Assembly: GCA_030431375.1 (NCBI GenBank)
Contig: JAUIIY010000006.1
Location: 2,808-66,807, forward strand
Direction: 5' to 3'
From: Alphaproteobacteria bacterium
Lineage (GTDB): Bacteria; Pseudomonadota; Alphaproteobacteria; Rickettsiales; JABSSG01
Length of the DNA: 64,000 nt
Within the stretch, counting starts at the first letter, position 1. Every line of letters starts with the position of its first letter. A program made the position numbers and the translations under genes. Below the pieces are notes generated by a model, which was not told the DNA's origin, searched no databases, and worked only from the letters and a program-made list of their open reading frames with translations. Positions 28,629 through 40,222 of the stretch are shown here, piece after piece.

Positions 28629-29462
28629 TTATAACTCTTTAGCAAGCCTATCAAATTTCATGAGTCTTGATAGCAAAGACTCCATATCTCTAAGATATAT
28701 CATATTAGGCCCATCACTTGGCGCATTATCGGGGTCCTGGTGGGTTTCTATAAAGAGCCCAGCCACTCCAACGGCAGTAGCTGCCCTTGCCAGAGTTTTT
28801 GCAAATCTGCGATCACCACCACTAGCTGCACCTAATCCACCCGGCTGCTGCACTGAGTGTGTTGCATCGAAGATAATTGGAACTCCTGTGGTTTCCGCCA
28901 TAATTTCTAGTGAGCGCATATCAGAAACCAAGTTATTATAACCAAAACTTGCACCACGCTCGGTAAGCATGACTTTTTGGTTACCAAAATGATCCATTTT
29001 AGCAACTATGTTTTTTGCTTCCCATGGAGACAGGAACTGCCCTTTTTTGACATTAATGATTTTATCGGTTTTTGCTGCCGCCTCTAATAAATCAGTCTGC
29101 CTACACAAAAAAGCAGGAATCTGAATAATATCAACATATTCAGCAACAATAGCACATTGCTCTTCTGTATGCACATCAGTTACAATCGGGCAACCATATT
29201 CTGCTTTGACAGCTTTAAATATCTCTAAACCCTCTTTTAAACCAACCCCGCGCTTTCCACCAAAGCTAGATCTATTCGCCTTATCAAACGAAGATTTATA
29301 AACAAAATTAATTCCTAAATTATTACAAATTTTTTTCAACTCGCCTGCCATGAACATAGTATGCTCTAGGCTTTCAATTTGGCATGGACCAGCCATCAGG
29401 AAAAAAGGAGACTTATTACTTATATTAAATCCGGATAATTTCAAAATTCTTTGCTCTAACAT
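28629..29462 (-). CDS. kdsA: 3-deoxy-8-phosphooctulonate (KDO8P) synthase
   Basis: 277-aa [47 protein letters not shown]. Confidence 0.93.
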   Translation of the reverse strand: MLEQRILKLSGFNISNKSPFFLMAGPCQIESLEHTMFMAGELKKICNNLGINFVYKSSFDKANRSSFGGKRGVGLKEGLEIFKAVKAEYGCPIVTDVHTEEQCAIVAEYVDIIQIPAFLCRQTDLLEAAAKTDKIINVKKGQFLSPWEAKNIVAKMDHFGNQKVMLTERGASFGYNNLVSDMRSLEIMAETTGVPIIFDATHSVQQPGGLGAASGGDRRFAKTLARAATAVGVAGLFIETHQDPDNAPSDGPNMIYLRDMESLLSRLMKFDRLAKEL

Positions 29463-29463
29463 T

Positions 29464-31086
29464 TTACTTCCTGAGTTGAATTGCTTTCTTAATTATTGAA
29501 CTGAATAATGGATGAGGTCTAAACGGTCTGGATAGAAATTCTGGGTGAAATTGCACAGCCACAAACCATGGATGACCGGTCAGCTCAATTATCTCAGCTA
29601 ATTTACCATCCGGGGAAGTGCCCGAGAAAATCATGCCTTTATCCTCTAAAAGCTTTTTATATGAATTGTTAAATTCGTATCTATGCCTGTGCCTTTCATT
29701 AATCAGATTCTGTTCATATATCTGATGCGCTAGGCTTCCTTCCTTTATGGCACAAGGATAGGAACCCAGACGCATTGTGCCACCAATATCACCACCTTCT
29801 TTTCTTGTTTCAATATTTCCTTCTCTATCCCATTTTGTCATTGCAAAAATAATCGGATCTTTCGCTTCTGAAAACTCCGTTGAACCAGCCTGGGATAATC
29901 CACATATATTCCTTGCAAACTCAACAACTGATAACTGCATGCCCAAACATATTCCAAGAGTAGGAACGTTATTTTCTCTTGCATATTTAATGGCGCAAAT
30001 TTTTCCTTCTATTCCCTCATTACCAAAACCGCCCGGAATTATGATAGCATCGAGATTCTTCATTTTATCAGATATATTTTCTTCTCGAAGATTTCTTGCA
30101 TTAATCCAACGAATATTAGGCTTAACAAGATTTGAAATAGAAGCATGGTTGATTGCTTCAACGATACTTAAATATGAATCATGAGCTATATTATATTTCC
30201 CTATAATTCCAATATTTATTTCTTCTTTAGGAGAATTGATTCTCTCTAGGATTTCGAGCCATTTTTCCATGTTTGGGCCTTGCGATTTTATACCGAACAC
30301 GTCAAGAACCGCCGAATCCAAACCCGCATTGTGATAACTAATAGGCGCCTGATAAATTGTTTTGACATCCAAAGCAGGAATAACCCTATCCGCCCTGACA
30401 TTACAAAATAAAGCTATCTTGTTAATGTCACTTTCTGGTATCTCTTTCGATGATCGACATAATAATATGTCAGGCTGGATACCTATTGCCCTAAGCTCTT
30501 TTACGGAATGCTGAGTTGGCTTCGTCTTCAACTCCTTTGCTGCAGCAACATACGGCAATAATGTCAAATGTATAAAAGCTGTTCTATCACGAGGTAACTC
30601 ATTGCTAACCTGCCTGATTGCCTCAAAATATGGCAATCCTTCAATATCACCAACTGTTCCGCCTATCTCACATAAAACAAAATCATAATCTTCTGATTTT
30701 TTATAGATAAACTCTTTTATCAAATTCGTTACATGAGGTATAACCTGAACTGTAGCACCAAGATAGTCACCCCGCCTTTCTCTCTGCAATAAGGTGGAAT
30801 ATATCTGCCCTGAAGTCACACTATCATACTTTGTGGCAGAGACTCCTAAAAATCTCTCATAATGCCCTAAGTCTAAATCGGTTTCTGCACCATCATCTGT
30901 AACAAAAACCTCTCCATGCTGAGTCGGACTCATTGTACCGGGATCTACATTCAAATACGGATCTAATTTCCGCAAACAAACTTTATAACCTCTAGCCTGT
31001 AACAAAGCTCCAAGGCTGGCAGACGATAGTCCCTTGCCCAAAGAAGAAACAACACCACCAGTAATAAAGATAAATTTTGTTTGCAT
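29464..31086 (-). CDS. pyrG: CTP synthase
   Basis: 540-aa [26 protein letters not shown], glutaminase GICLGMQ and HRHRYE. Confidence 0.96.
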   Translation of the reverse strand: MQTKFIFITGGVVSSLGKGLSSASLGALLQARGYKVCLRKLDPYLNVDPGTMSPTQHGEVFVTDDGAETDLDLGHYERFLGVSATKYDSVTSGQIYSTLLQRERRGDYLGATVQVIPHVTNLIKEFIYKKSEDYDFVLCEIGGTVGDIEGLPYFEAIRQVSNELPRDRTAFIHLTLLPYVAAAKELKTKPTQHSVKELRAIGIQPDILLCRSSKEIPESDINKIALFCNVRADRVIPALDVKTIYQAPISYHNAGLDSAVLDVFGIKSQGPNMEKWLEILERINSPKEEINIGIIGKYNIAHDSYLSIVEAINHASISNLVKPNIRWINARNLREENISDKMKNLDAIIIPGGFGNEGIEGKICAIKYARENNVPTLGICLGMQLSVVEFARNICGLSQAGSTEFSEAKDPIIFAMTKWDREGNIETRKEGGDIGGTMRLGSYPCAIKEGSLAHQIYEQNLINERHRHRYEFNNSYKKLLEDKGMIFSGTSPDGKLAEIIELTGHPWFVAVQFHPEFLSRPFRPHPLFSSIIKKAIQLRK

Positions 31087-31388
31087 TATTCGGCTATAGG
31101 TACTGAAACAGTTTTTTCTTGGTGAGTTTCTATTTTAGATAAAATATTTTTTTTGCTATCTCTTAGAGATAGGTTAGCCAGTACAATACAATTTATGATA
31201 AATAAAGTAAAAGCTATTGCAGTGAATCTTGATAAAAAAGTTGCCGTAGATTTACCTGAAAAAATAGCATCATGGCCACTTCCGCCGCTTAAACCCTCTA
31301 AACCATCAGATGCAGATTTTTGTAATAATACTGAACCAATTATTAAAACTGCCAATATTATATGAACAACCATCAAAACTGTTTCCAT
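31086..31388 (-). CDS. secG: Preprotein translocase subunit SecG
   Basis: 100-aa, two-TM ORF. VLLQKS..DGL..LSGG pattern. Conserved tpiA-secG-pyrG position. Confidence 0.85.
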   Translation of the reverse strand: METVLMVVHIILAVLIIGSVLLQKSASDGLEGLSGGSGHDAIFSGKSTATFLSRFTAIAFTLFIINCIVLANLSLRDSKKNILSKIETHQEKTVSVPIAE

Positions 31389-31397
31389 ATTTTCCTC

Positions 31398-32123
31398 TTA
31401 ACTCAAATATATTTTTTTAATTATTTCGATAAAAATCTCATGTTGCAAACTAGCTCCTCCAATTAGCAAACCGGATATATTTGCAATTTCCATTATTTCT
31501 TGGCAATTATCCAAATTTACCGACCCACCATACAATATTTGAACCTTATTTTCAAATAAATTAAGTTTGCTTAACTGCTCAGAAATCAAATCTGTAACAT
31601 AATTTATTTCCTGAATTTTAGGGATTCTTCCCGTTCCTATTGCCCAGACTGGTTCATAAGCTACGACACATTTTTTTATATCTTTTGGAATGGAGCCAGA
31701 CAGCTGATCAATTATCACTTTTTCTATATTGCCATTTTCTCTATCTTCTAAGGTCTCTCCAATACATATAACAGGAGTAAGGCCTGCATCAAACACTTGC
31801 TTAGCTTTTGTGCGTACTATCTTGTTCGTTTCATTATAATAAGCCCTTCTTTCAGAATGTCCCACTAGCACATAAGAGCAGTTCATGTCTTTAAGTTGCT
31901 CCGCGCTCACATCTCCTGTATAAGCACCAGCCTTATATTGAGAACAATCTTGTCCAGCTAGTAGAAATTGACTTCCTTGTAGGGCATCTAGAAATACTGA
32001 ACTAGGAGCTATTATAATTTTATTTTTATCAATGTTTTCTTCCAAAATAAAATGACTAAGCCTATCAGCAAAAATTCTTGCTGATTGCTTATCCATATTC
32101 ATTTTCCAATTTCCTATAATCAT
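31398..32123 (-). CDS. tpiA: Triosephosphate isomerase
   Basis: 241-aa ORF. IIGNWKMN, VGHSERR, AYEPVWAIGTG, YGGSV. Confidence 0.94.
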   Translation of the reverse strand: MIIGNWKMNMDKQSARIFADRLSHFILEENIDKNKIIIAPSSVFLDALQGSQFLLAGQDCSQYKAGAYTGDVSAEQLKDMNCSYVLVGHSERRAYYNETNKIVRTKAKQVFDAGLTPVICIGETLEDRENGNIEKVIIDQLSGSIPKDIKKCVVAYEPVWAIGTGRIPKIQEINYVTDLISEQLSKLNLFENKVQILYGGSVNLDNCQEIMEIANISGLLIGGASLQHEIFIEIIKKIYLS

Positions 32124-32180
32124 TTACTTTCTCAAAATTTTATGTAGACTGATGTTTCATAAATTAAAAATGGCTTCGTG

Positions 32181-34172
32181 ATGAAGGCTCATATATTGGC
32201 GATTATTGTAACTATTTTAATGGCAACAACAATCTTTTTATTTGGATATAAAATGGAAAATGAACTTATCTCTAGAAAAACACTATTTGGTAACCCTGAT
32301 AAGGTTGGCGTTCAAATAAGCCATGACGGTAAATATATATCATATCTCCAGGATTATGATGGTTATCTTAATATTTATTTTGCACCCACAGATAACCCTG
32401 AAAAAAGCGAGCGCTTAACAAATGACAAAAGGGGAATCAGATCATATTTCTGGTCATATGATAATGAGCATGTTCTATATTTGCAGGATAAAGACGGTAA
32501 CGAAAATTGGCATATATTCAAAAAAAATATTCATAATGGAGATGTAGTAAATCTTACCCCATTTGATGGAGTAAGGGCAAGCATCGATAAATTGAGTAAA
32601 AATTTTCCTGACCAAATCATTATTTCTCTAAATAAGAGAACGCCTGCAATTTTTGATCTTTATACGCTAAATATTAAAACAGGTGAATTGTCACTGATAT
32701 ATGAAAATAAAGAAGAATTTTCATCTTTTATGTTGAATGATGAGTTTAAGCTCAAATTAGCCGAAAAGAAAGACCAAGAGACCGGAGATGATCTTTATTA
32801 CACATTCGATGAAGAGTTAAAGACCTCTCATTTCTGGACAATCCCAAGTGAAGACGTCTACACATCATCCTTTTTAACATTCAACAAAGATTTTGATAAA
32901 GTTTATCTCGTAAATTCTGCTCAAAAAGATATCGGTGATTTAGAACTTTTAGACTTAAAAACTAAAAAGTCAGAGTTAATTTTTTCTACTAAAGATAGAG
33001 AAATTTCTAATATCTTATTTAACAAAATCGATAAAACTCCCATAGCTATAGAATTAGAACAAGCTAAGGCTGAGTGGTTAGCCCTTGATCAATCATTTAG
33101 CCAAGACTTATCCTTAATAAAAGAAAAGGCGAAAGGAAAGCAAGTAATTTTCACCAGCTCTAACTATAACCAAACAAAATGGGTGATAGCATTTTTAGCA
33201 TCTGACGGCCCAGTAGAATATTATTTATATGATAGAGAAAAGAAGCATCTTCAATTTCTATTCCATAACCAAAAGGCTCTATTAAACATAGCACTGCAGG
33301 AAATGCAGCCTGTTGAAATTGAAACGCGTGACGGAATCATACTCCACTCATATTTAACTCTACCGGAGGGTTTTAAGATTGGAAAATCTTCACCCGTCCC
33401 CTTAATTATGTATGTGCATGGAGGACCAACGGTAAGAGATAATTGGGGTTATAACCCTACATGCCAGTGGCTAGCTAATAGAGGCTACGCTGTGTTGCAG
33501 GTTAACTATCGTGGCTCCACTGGTTTTGGCAAAAAATTTGCTAATTTGGGTCGTGGAGAGTGGGGAGCAAAAATGCATGATGATTTGATAGATGCCGCAG
33601 AATGGTCAATCAAAGAAAAAATTACCTCAAAAGATAAAATAGCAATTTTTGGTGGCAGCTATGGTGGTTACGCAACCTTAGTTGGTTTAACTTTCACACC
33701 TGATTATTTTGCTTGCGGAGTCGATATTGTAGGCCCTTCAAACTTAGTAACCTTACTTGAGAGCATTCCACCATACTGGAAACCTGCCATGAAAGAACTA
33801 GAACTTAGAACTGGAGGCGACATCAAAACCGAAAGGGGTAGAGAGTTCCTTAAATCACGCTCACCACTAACATTTGCTGATAGAATAAAAAAACCTTTAC
33901 TCATTTTACAAGGAGCAAATGACCCAAGAGTAAAACAAGCAGAAGCAGATCAAATTGTAGACGCGATGAAGCAAAATAATATTGATGTTACTTATGTTAT
34001 TTACCCAGATGAAGGTCATGGTTTTGCTAAGCCAGAAAATAGAATTTCGTACATAGCTATTACCGAGCAATTCTTATCTAAATGTCTTGGAGGAAAATCA
34101 GAAGCAATTACTGATGAACTTGATAAATCATCAGCTAAGATATCCGAAGATTCATTCAATTTGATAAAATGA
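32181..34172 (+). CDS. S9-family serine peptidase (prolyl oligopeptidase/dipeptidyl-aminopeptidase type) with an N-terminal membrane anchor
   Basis: Beta-propeller region followed by a catalytic domain. HGGP, nucleophile GGSYGGY, QGANDPRV, DEGHGF. The ATG at 32181 directly follows the GTG at 32178 used by the track. Confidence 0.88.
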   Translation: MKAHILAIIVTILMATTIFLFGYKMENELISRKTLFGNPDKVGVQISHDGKYISYLQDYDGYLNIYFAPTDNPEKSERLTNDKRGIRSYFWSYDNEHVLYLQDKDGNENWHIFKKNIHNGDVVNLTPFDGVRASIDKLSKNFPDQIIISLNKRTPAIFDLYTLNIKTGELSLIYENKEEFSSFMLNDEFKLKLAEKKDQETGDDLYYTFDEELKTSHFWTIPSEDVYTSSFLTFNKDFDKVYLVNSAQKDIGDLELLDLKTKKSELIFSTKDREISNILFNKIDKTPIAIELEQAKAEWLALDQSFSQDLSLIKEKAKGKQVIFTSSNYNQTKWVIAFLASDGPVEYYLYDREKKHLQFLFHNQKALLNIALQEMQPVEIETRDGIILHSYLTLPEGFKIGKSSPVPLIMYVHGGPTVRDNWGYNPTCQWLANRGYAVLQVNYRGSTGFGKKFANLGRGEWGAKMHDDLIDAAEWSIKEKITSKDKIAIFGGSYGGYATLVGLTFTPDYFACGVDIVGPSNLVTLLESIPPYWKPAMKELELRTGGDIKTERGREFLKSRSPLTFADRIKKPLLILQGANDPRVKQAEADQIVDAMKQNNIDVTYVIYPDEGHGFAKPENRISYIAITEQFLSKCLGGKSEAITDELDKSSAKISEDSFNLIK

Positions 34173-34231
34173 TAGGATTTGCATAATTACCTTCATGGTG
34201 ATATTTTGTCCCAAATTTTTGAGTTTAGAAA

Positions 34232-34663
34232 ATGATTAGATGTACTAAAAAATTTATATTCGACGCTGCTCACCGCATTGTTGGTCATGAGGGAAAATGT
34301 AAATTTCTTCACGGTCATCGCTATGAATGTGAGGTAACATTTGCATCAAAAACTCTCAATGAAATGGGAATGGTGATCGACTTTGGCCACATCAAAGAGA
34401 AATTGGGCACCTGGATAGATGATAACTTAGATCATAATCTTATTCTTGCAAAAAATGATATTGCGTTAATCAAGCAGCTGAAAGAAGGTATAGATCAGAG
34501 CTTATATTTAATGGATAATATTCCAACTGCTGAAAATATCGCTCTTCATATATTGAACGATATATGCCCAAAATTATTTGCCGATGAAAAAGCTTTCTGT
34601 GAAAGGATAAGATTATACGAATCGCCAACCAGTTACGTAGAAGTATATAATAAAGTCTCCTAG
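34232..34663 (+). CDS. queD: 6-carboxy-5,6,7,8-tetrahydropterin synthase
   Basis: 143-aa ORF. FDAAHRI..HEGKCKFLHGHRY (Cx3HGH), LDHNLIL. Confidence 0.88.
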   Translation: MIRCTKKFIFDAAHRIVGHEGKCKFLHGHRYECEVTFASKTLNEMGMVIDFGHIKEKLGTWIDDNLDHNLILAKNDIALIKQLKEGIDQSLYLMDNIPTAENIALHILNDICPKLFADEKAFCERIRLYESPTSYVEVYNKVS

Positions 34664-34685
34664 AGTAGTGTGCTCATGGAGACTT
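34653..34685. terminator. Hairpin between convergent queD and the methyltransferase gene (possible bidirectional terminator)
   Basis: Perfect 8-bp inverted repeat AAGTCTCC (34653-34660) / GGAGACTT (34678-34685) with a 17-nt loop. It spans the queD stop codon. There is no strong U-tract. Confidence 0.35.
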
Positions 34686-34697
34686 AGTTACCAAATA

Positions 34698-35504
34698 TTA
34701 TTTGAAGTTTTTTCTGTATATTTCTAAGGCAAATTCAGGAACAAACGGTTTAACAAGCACTTTGATTTTGTTAACAAAAGGCTTCCAATAAAATTGGTCA
34801 AACTGGTTGACACCTGGCTCATCTTTCGGTCGATCTGAAATTTTTTTGATATGCAACTGATACCCGCTGTAAATAATCTTATACATGGAGTTATAGGATT
34901 TGAGGAAACCAGTAATAGCTGGATTGGGACCAACATGATCATGATTTCCGACATTCCAATAAAAATCATCAAATATCATGATCCCACCAACTTTTAATGC
35001 TTCCCACGCTAAAACCGTATCTACCATGACGTCTTTTGCCCAATGAGAGGCATCAATATAAGCAAAATCAAACTTCTTTTCATTCCCATCTTTTATTTTG
35101 CTTAGAAGCTTAAGTAATATTTCGTCAGATTTCCCTCTTAATTCTATAACTTTTCCTGAATCAAGATGGTTCTTTAGATTATGTTTGAAGTTATCATATA
35201 AAGTTAGCTTTTCTTCTTGCGTGTGCTCATCCGAACCTTCCCACGTGTCTACTGCGTAAACGACACTATCTTTACCATTACATATATTCTCTGCAGTAAA
35301 AATGGTTGATCTACCCTCAAAACTTCCAACCTCTAAGCAGCGAATGTTCTCCTTTCCTTTTAGTGCTTGGGTGGTTCTACTCCATTGTTTAATGTTACCA
35401 CTAAAATAATCTGTAGAGAAAATATAATTATTTTCCTCTTCCGCAATTGCAACTCCACCTAAAAAAATTATAGACGACATTAATACTATACTTAACTTTT
35501 TCAC
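34698..35504 (-). CDS. Class I SAM-dependent methyltransferase (Methyltransf_24-like) with an N-terminal signal peptide or anchor
   Basis: 268-aa ORF. MKKLSIVLMSSIIFLGGVAIA/EEE. SAM-binding motif I CLEVGSFEGRST. FDFAYIDASH and GGIMIFDD. Confidence 0.75.
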   Translation of the reverse strand: MKKLSIVLMSSIIFLGGVAIAEEENNYIFSTDYFSGNIKQWSRTTQALKGKENIRCLEVGSFEGRSTIFTAENICNGKDSVVYAVDTWEGSDEHTQEEKLTLYDNFKHNLKNHLDSGKVIELRGKSDEILLKLLSKIKDGNEKKFDFAYIDASHWAKDVMVDTVLAWEALKVGGIMIFDDFYWNVGNHDHVGPNPAITGFLKSYNSMYKIIYSGYQLHIKKISDRPKDEPGVNQFDQFYWKPFVNKIKVLVKPFVPEFALEIYRKNFK

Positions 35505-35515
35505 TTTCTTACCTT

Positions 35516-38188
35516 TTAGTTATAGTTATTCGTTTTAATTGCAGCTTGGGCTGCAGCTAATCTTGCTATAGGCACCCTAAATGGTGAGCATGAGACATAA
35601 CTCATCCCAAGCTCATTGCAAAATTCTATGGATTTAGGATCACCACCATGCTCTCCACAAATACCTAGCTTGAATTTGTTTTTTACCGACCTAGACCTCT
35701 CAGCTGAGATTCTAAGTAATTCTCCAACTCCATCTTGGTCTATTGTTACAAAAGGATCCACAGTAAATATTTTTTTATCTATATATGAACTAATAAATTC
35801 TGCTGAATCATCTCTAGACATACCAAAAGTAGTTTGAGTTAGATCATTAGTGCCATAACTAAAATAATCGATATGTTTTGCTATTTTATCAGATATCAGA
35901 GCAGACCTAGGCAACTCTATCATTGTACCAATTTGGCAATTAATTTTCTCCCCATGCTGCTCTTCCAATAAGCCCTTCACCTCTTCAATCTGTTCTTTAA
36001 GCAATATAATTTCTTTTTCGGTAGCTATCAAAGGAACCATAATTTCAATATTTGGTTCAAACCCCAGTTCCTTTTTAACTGTTAAATAAGCCTCAAAAAT
36101 TGCACGAACCTGCATCGAATATATCTCGGGATATGAAATACCCAAACGGCAACCTCTGTGACCTAGCATTGGGTTGACTTCATGTAATTTATTACATCTA
36201 TCTTTAATATATTCTTCGTCTTTACCTGTAGCATTAGATAATTGAACTATCTCCTTATCTGTATGGGGCAAGAATTCATGCAAAGGGGGATCTAAAAGTC
36301 TAATATTTACAGGAAGTTGTTTCATTAGAGAAAAGATATGAAAAAAATCCTCTCTTTGCATCGGAAGTATTTCTTCAATAGCTTCTTTTCTTTTTTCGTT
36401 ATTATCTGCAATAATCATTTTCCTGACAGATAAAATTCTTTCGCTTTCAAAGAACATATGCTCAGTTCTACACAAACCAATGCCTTCTGCTCCAAAATCT
36501 AAAGCTGTTTGTACGTCTTTTGCGGTTTCGGCATTCGTACGAACTTGCATTACCCTAATTTTATCAGCCCAACTCATAAGTAGCTTAAACTCATCTGTTA
36601 ATTTTGGAATGATTGTCTGTATACATCCTTTATAAACAGCTCCAGATGAGCCATCTATAGTAATCTGATCCCCCTCAGATAGATGCATATCCCCACAAAG
36701 CATTGTTTTTTTCGCATAGTTAATTCTTAGGTTGTTCGCTCCCGAAACACAAGCCTTCCCCATACCTCTAGCAACGACCGCTGCGTGCGATGTCATGCCG
36801 CCTTTCGCTGTCAGAATACCTTGCGATGCATGCATGCCGTGTATGTCCTCAGGGCTTGTTTCTACACGCACTAATATAACTTTTTCACCAATTGAATGTA
36901 ATCTTTCAGCCTCATTTGCATCAAAAACAATTTTACCACTTGCAGCCCCAGGAGAAGCCGGGAGACCTTTAGAAATCGTATTTTTTGGCGCGTCCGGATC
37001 TAACATTGGATGAAGCAATTGATCTAACGATTCAGGTTCAATCCTAAGAATAGCTTCTTTTTCAGATATTAATTTTTCTTGTACTAGATCAACAGCAATT
37101 TTCACTGCAGCCTTGGCCGTTCTTTTACCAGATCTTGTTTGCAATAACCAAAGTTTGCCATCTTGTATGGTAAATTCAATATCTTGCATATCACGATAAT
37201 GTGCCTCCAAAGAATTAGCTAATTGTACAAATTCCTTATAAATTTCTGGCATTGACTCTTCCATTGAAGGTAGATCTATACCAGACTCAATACTTCCTTC
37301 TTTTGTAATCGATTGAGGTGTTCTGATTCCAGCAACTACATCTTCACCCTGAGCATTAATTAAATATTCACCGTAAAGTTTTTTTTCACCAGTTGAAGGG
37401 TTTCTTGTAAAAGCCACCCCAGTAGCACTTGTCATACCTAAATTTCCAAAAACCATGGCCTGTACGTTGACAGCGGTGCCCCATTCTTCAGGTATCTTAT
37501 TGATTTTTCTGTAAACTCTTGCTCTGTGGCACATCCATGAAGCAAAAACAGCTTCAATTGCTCCCCATAATTGCTTATTAACATCTTGAGGAAATTCATG
37601 GCCTGTAGCTTTGAGTACGATATTTTTATATATATCGATAAGACTTTTGAAATCTTCTGCCTCTAAATCTACATCTTCACTTACTGAATTATGCTCTTTT
37701 ATCTCTTCAATCGCTTCTTCAAATAGGTTATGGTCCACTCCCAAAACAACATCCGAATACATTTGAATAAAACGCCTGTAGCTATCATAGGCAAATCTCT
37801 CTCCACCCAATTTCGCCAGTCCAGTCACAGTCTTATCATTTAGGCCAAGGTTTAAAACAGTATCCATCATTCCAGGCATTGATACTCTTGCTCCCGAACG
37901 AACAGAAACCAATAATGGTTTGCTCTCATCACCAAATTTAAAACCTAGCTCTTTCTCAATCAATTTAATGGATTCTTCAACCTGATCTGCCAATCCAGAA
38001 GGAAGTTTATTTTCGTTTTCGTAATAATAGACACAAGCCTCGGTTGGGATCGTAAAACCATATGGCACAGGCATTCCTATATTACACATCTCAGCAAGAT
38101 TTGCACCTTTTCCCCCCAGCAAATTGCGCATAGAGGCATTTCCATCAGCCTTTTTGTTTCCAAACAAGTAAGTCCATTTTTGTGCCAT
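35516..38188 (-). CDS. ppdK: Pyruvate, phosphate dikinase
   Basis: 890-aa ORF. LLGGKGANLAEM, phospho-His loop GGMTSHAAVVARG, PEP-utilising C-terminal domain (GTNDLTQ, CGEHGGDP). Confidence 0.96.
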   Translation of the reverse strand: MAQKWTYLFGNKKADGNASMRNLLGGKGANLAEMCNIGMPVPYGFTIPTEACVYYYENENKLPSGLADQVEESIKLIEKELGFKFGDESKPLLVSVRSGARVSMPGMMDTVLNLGLNDKTVTGLAKLGGERFAYDSYRRFIQMYSDVVLGVDHNLFEEAIEEIKEHNSVSEDVDLEAEDFKSLIDIYKNIVLKATGHEFPQDVNKQLWGAIEAVFASWMCHRARVYRKINKIPEEWGTAVNVQAMVFGNLGMTSATGVAFTRNPSTGEKKLYGEYLINAQGEDVVAGIRTPQSITKEGSIESGIDLPSMEESMPEIYKEFVQLANSLEAHYRDMQDIEFTIQDGKLWLLQTRSGKRTAKAAVKIAVDLVQEKLISEKEAILRIEPESLDQLLHPMLDPDAPKNTISKGLPASPGAASGKIVFDANEAERLHSIGEKVILVRVETSPEDIHGMHASQGILTAKGGMTSHAAVVARGMGKACVSGANNLRINYAKKTMLCGDMHLSEGDQITIDGSSGAVYKGCIQTIIPKLTDEFKLLMSWADKIRVMQVRTNAETAKDVQTALDFGAEGIGLCRTEHMFFESERILSVRKMIIADNNEKRKEAIEEILPMQREDFFHIFSLMKQLPVNIRLLDPPLHEFLPHTDKEIVQLSNATGKDEEYIKDRCNKLHEVNPMLGHRGCRLGISYPEIYSMQVRAIFEAYLTVKKELGFEPNIEIMVPLIATEKEIILLKEQIEEVKGLLEEQHGEKINCQIGTMIELPRSALISDKIAKHIDYFSYGTNDLTQTTFGMSRDDSAEFISSYIDKKIFTVDPFVTIDQDGVGELLRISAERSRSVKNKFKLGICGEHGGDPKSIEFCNELGMSYVSCSPFRVPIARLAAAQAAIKTNNYN

Positions 38189-38197
38189 ACTAACTCT

Positions 38198-40222
38198 CTA
38201 TTTAATCTGTGAAAAATTTGCTATTGCCGAAACCATATCGAATATTTTTTTCAATAATGATAATCTATTCATTTTGATTCGCTCATCTGGATCATTAATC
38301 ATCACATTATCGAAAAATAACGATATTTTTGTAGCTAATGCTCCAAATTTTTCCAATGCTTCAAAATATTTACTTTGGTTCACGAGCGAGGCCACATCTT
38401 TTTCAATTTTTGACATCGCCAAATATAATTCATTTTCGTACTCTGAAACAAAGAGCTCTTTATTTATCTCCGAGACAGATGCAGAATAACCTTCAAGCAT
38501 CTTATTGATTCTTTTTATGGAGGAGTAAATTGCACTACCATCACTTGATTTAAAGAATTTCTTTAGATCTTTGCACCTAATAATGAGATCATTAACATTA
38601 ATCTTATCGTCTATAACCGCATTTATTATATCTTGTTCATGTCCCTCTTCTTTCAGATATTGTATAAGCCTTTGAGTTATAAACTCATAAACCTGCTTCA
38701 CAACATCACTTGAAGCTCCAAATAATTCAGAAGAATTCTTTATCAACTCCAGTAAATTAATTGAAAGATTACTCTCTTGAGCTATTCTTATAACACCAAT
38801 TGCAGCCCTTCTTAAAGCAAATGGATCTTTTGAGCTAGTCGGCACCTCATTTGCAGAAAACAAACCAACAATAGTATCGATTTTATCTGCTATTGAAACC
38901 AGCGAACCAGCAATAGTTGTTGGACAAGGACCATTCCTACTTATTGGCCAATAATGCTCTTCGATGGCCAATGCAACCTCTTCTTTTTCTCCGTCATTTA
39001 GAGCATAATATTTGCCCATTGTCCCTTGTAACTCAGTAAACTCGAAAACAGCCTCGGTAGTAAGATCAGCCTTACATAATAAAGCAGCTCTTCTAACATC
39101 AGATGGTACGATTGCTAACTTATTTGCAATGAAAGAAGAAATATTGACGATTCTTTGTACTTTATCATAAACACTGCCTAGCTTTGCATGAAAATGAACT
39201 TTCTTAAGTTCACCAACTCTACTTTCTAAATTTTTCTTGCAGTCATTATCAAAAAAGAATTTAGCATCATGTAAGCGTGCTTCCAGAACTTTTTTATTGC
39301 CAGCGCGAACTACCGATTCATCTGAAGATAATATATTTAAAACTACAGCAAAATAGGGAGCAAATTTGCCATCAGGATATTGAAAAGAAAAATATTTCTG
39401 ATTCACTGCCATTGATGTAATCAAAATTTCAGGAGGAAGCTTCAAAAACTCATCTGATATTTTCTCAATAATCACTTCAGGATATTCTACCAGACCAGTT
39501 ACTTCTTGAATCAAAGAATTATCTCGGCTTAACTCGACACCTAACTTATTTGCTAAATCTTCTGTCTGATCAAGAATTTTTTTCTTTCTCTCTTCTTGAT
39601 CCAATACCACAAGATGCTTTTCTAATAACCGAAAATAACTTTGTATATTATCGACTCCAAAAATACCAGGATCCATAAAGCGATGACCATAAGTATTTCT
39701 TGTGGATAAGACATTTGCAAAAGTTAGATTAACAATTTTATCATCAAACAAGCACAAAATATTCCTGATAGGTCTTACCCATCTTTCTTTAAGGCTTCCC
39801 CAGCGCATTGTTTTTGGCCACTGGAAATTCTGCAAGATATATAATGCTATTTTTTCTAAAACATCTTTGCTTTCCACATCATCTGTTTTTTTATTAGCAA
39901 AATAATATTCTTTATTATTGATCTGTTTGGTTACTAAATCACTTTTTTGAATAGAATTTGAGTGGCAAAAGCCTTCAACTGCTTTTTCTGGAGCAGAAGT
40001 TGCTGGCCCCTTAATCTCTTCTTCCTTTCCCAAAATAACTTCTGCTATCTTTTCTACATGCAAAACAAGCCTTTGCGGAGTCACATAAGAAGAAACTTGA
40101 CCAAACTCTACATTGTGAATTTTTGCTTCTTTTTCAAAAATTTGTTTTATTTGTTCGGCGGCAGATAGCTGCATACGTGCCGGAATCTCTTCTGAATATA
40201 TTTCTAGTAAAAACTCACCCAT
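38198..40222 (-). CDS. glyS: Glycyl-tRNA synthetase beta subunit
   Basis: 674-aa ORF. N-terminus [29 protein letters not shown]. 8-nt overlap with glyQ. Confidence 0.94.
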   Translation of the reverse strand: MGEFLLEIYSEEIPARMQLSAAEQIKQIFEKEAKIHNVEFGQVSSYVTPQRLVLHVEKIAEVILGKEEEIKGPATSAPEKAVEGFCHSNSIQKSDLVTKQINNKEYYFANKKTDDVESKDVLEKIALYILQNFQWPKTMRWGSLKERWVRPIRNILCLFDDKIVNLTFANVLSTRNTYGHRFMDPGIFGVDNIQSYFRLLEKHLVVLDQEERKKKILDQTEDLANKLGVELSRDNSLIQEVTGLVEYPEVIIEKISDEFLKLPPEILITSMAVNQKYFSFQYPDGKFAPYFAVVLNILSSDESVVRAGNKKVLEARLHDAKFFFDNDCKKNLESRVGELKKVHFHAKLGSVYDKVQRIVNISSFIANKLAIVPSDVRRAALLCKADLTTEAVFEFTELQGTMGKYYALNDGEKEEVALAIEEHYWPISRNGPCPTTIAGSLVSIADKIDTIVGLFSANEVPTSSKDPFALRRAAIGVIRIAQESNLSINLLELIKNSSELFGASSDVVKQVYEFITQRLIQYLKEEGHEQDIINAVIDDKINVNDLIIRCKDLKKFFKSSDGSAIYSSIKRINKMLEGYSASVSEINKELFVSEYENELYLAMSKIEKDVASLVNQSKYFEALEKFGALATKISLFFDNVMINDPDERIKMNRLSLLKKIFDMVSAIANFSQIK

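Noticed and set aside
29777-30184. 135-aa ORF antisense to pyrG. Similar antisense ORFs lie at 42993-43367 (tsf), 43565-43969 (rpsB), 36732-37013 (ppdK) and 28660-28941 (kdsA).
   Set aside because: They all lie opposite highly conserved housekeeping genes whose identity is unambiguous. The translations are low-complexity and lack any motif. They are classic shadow ORFs.
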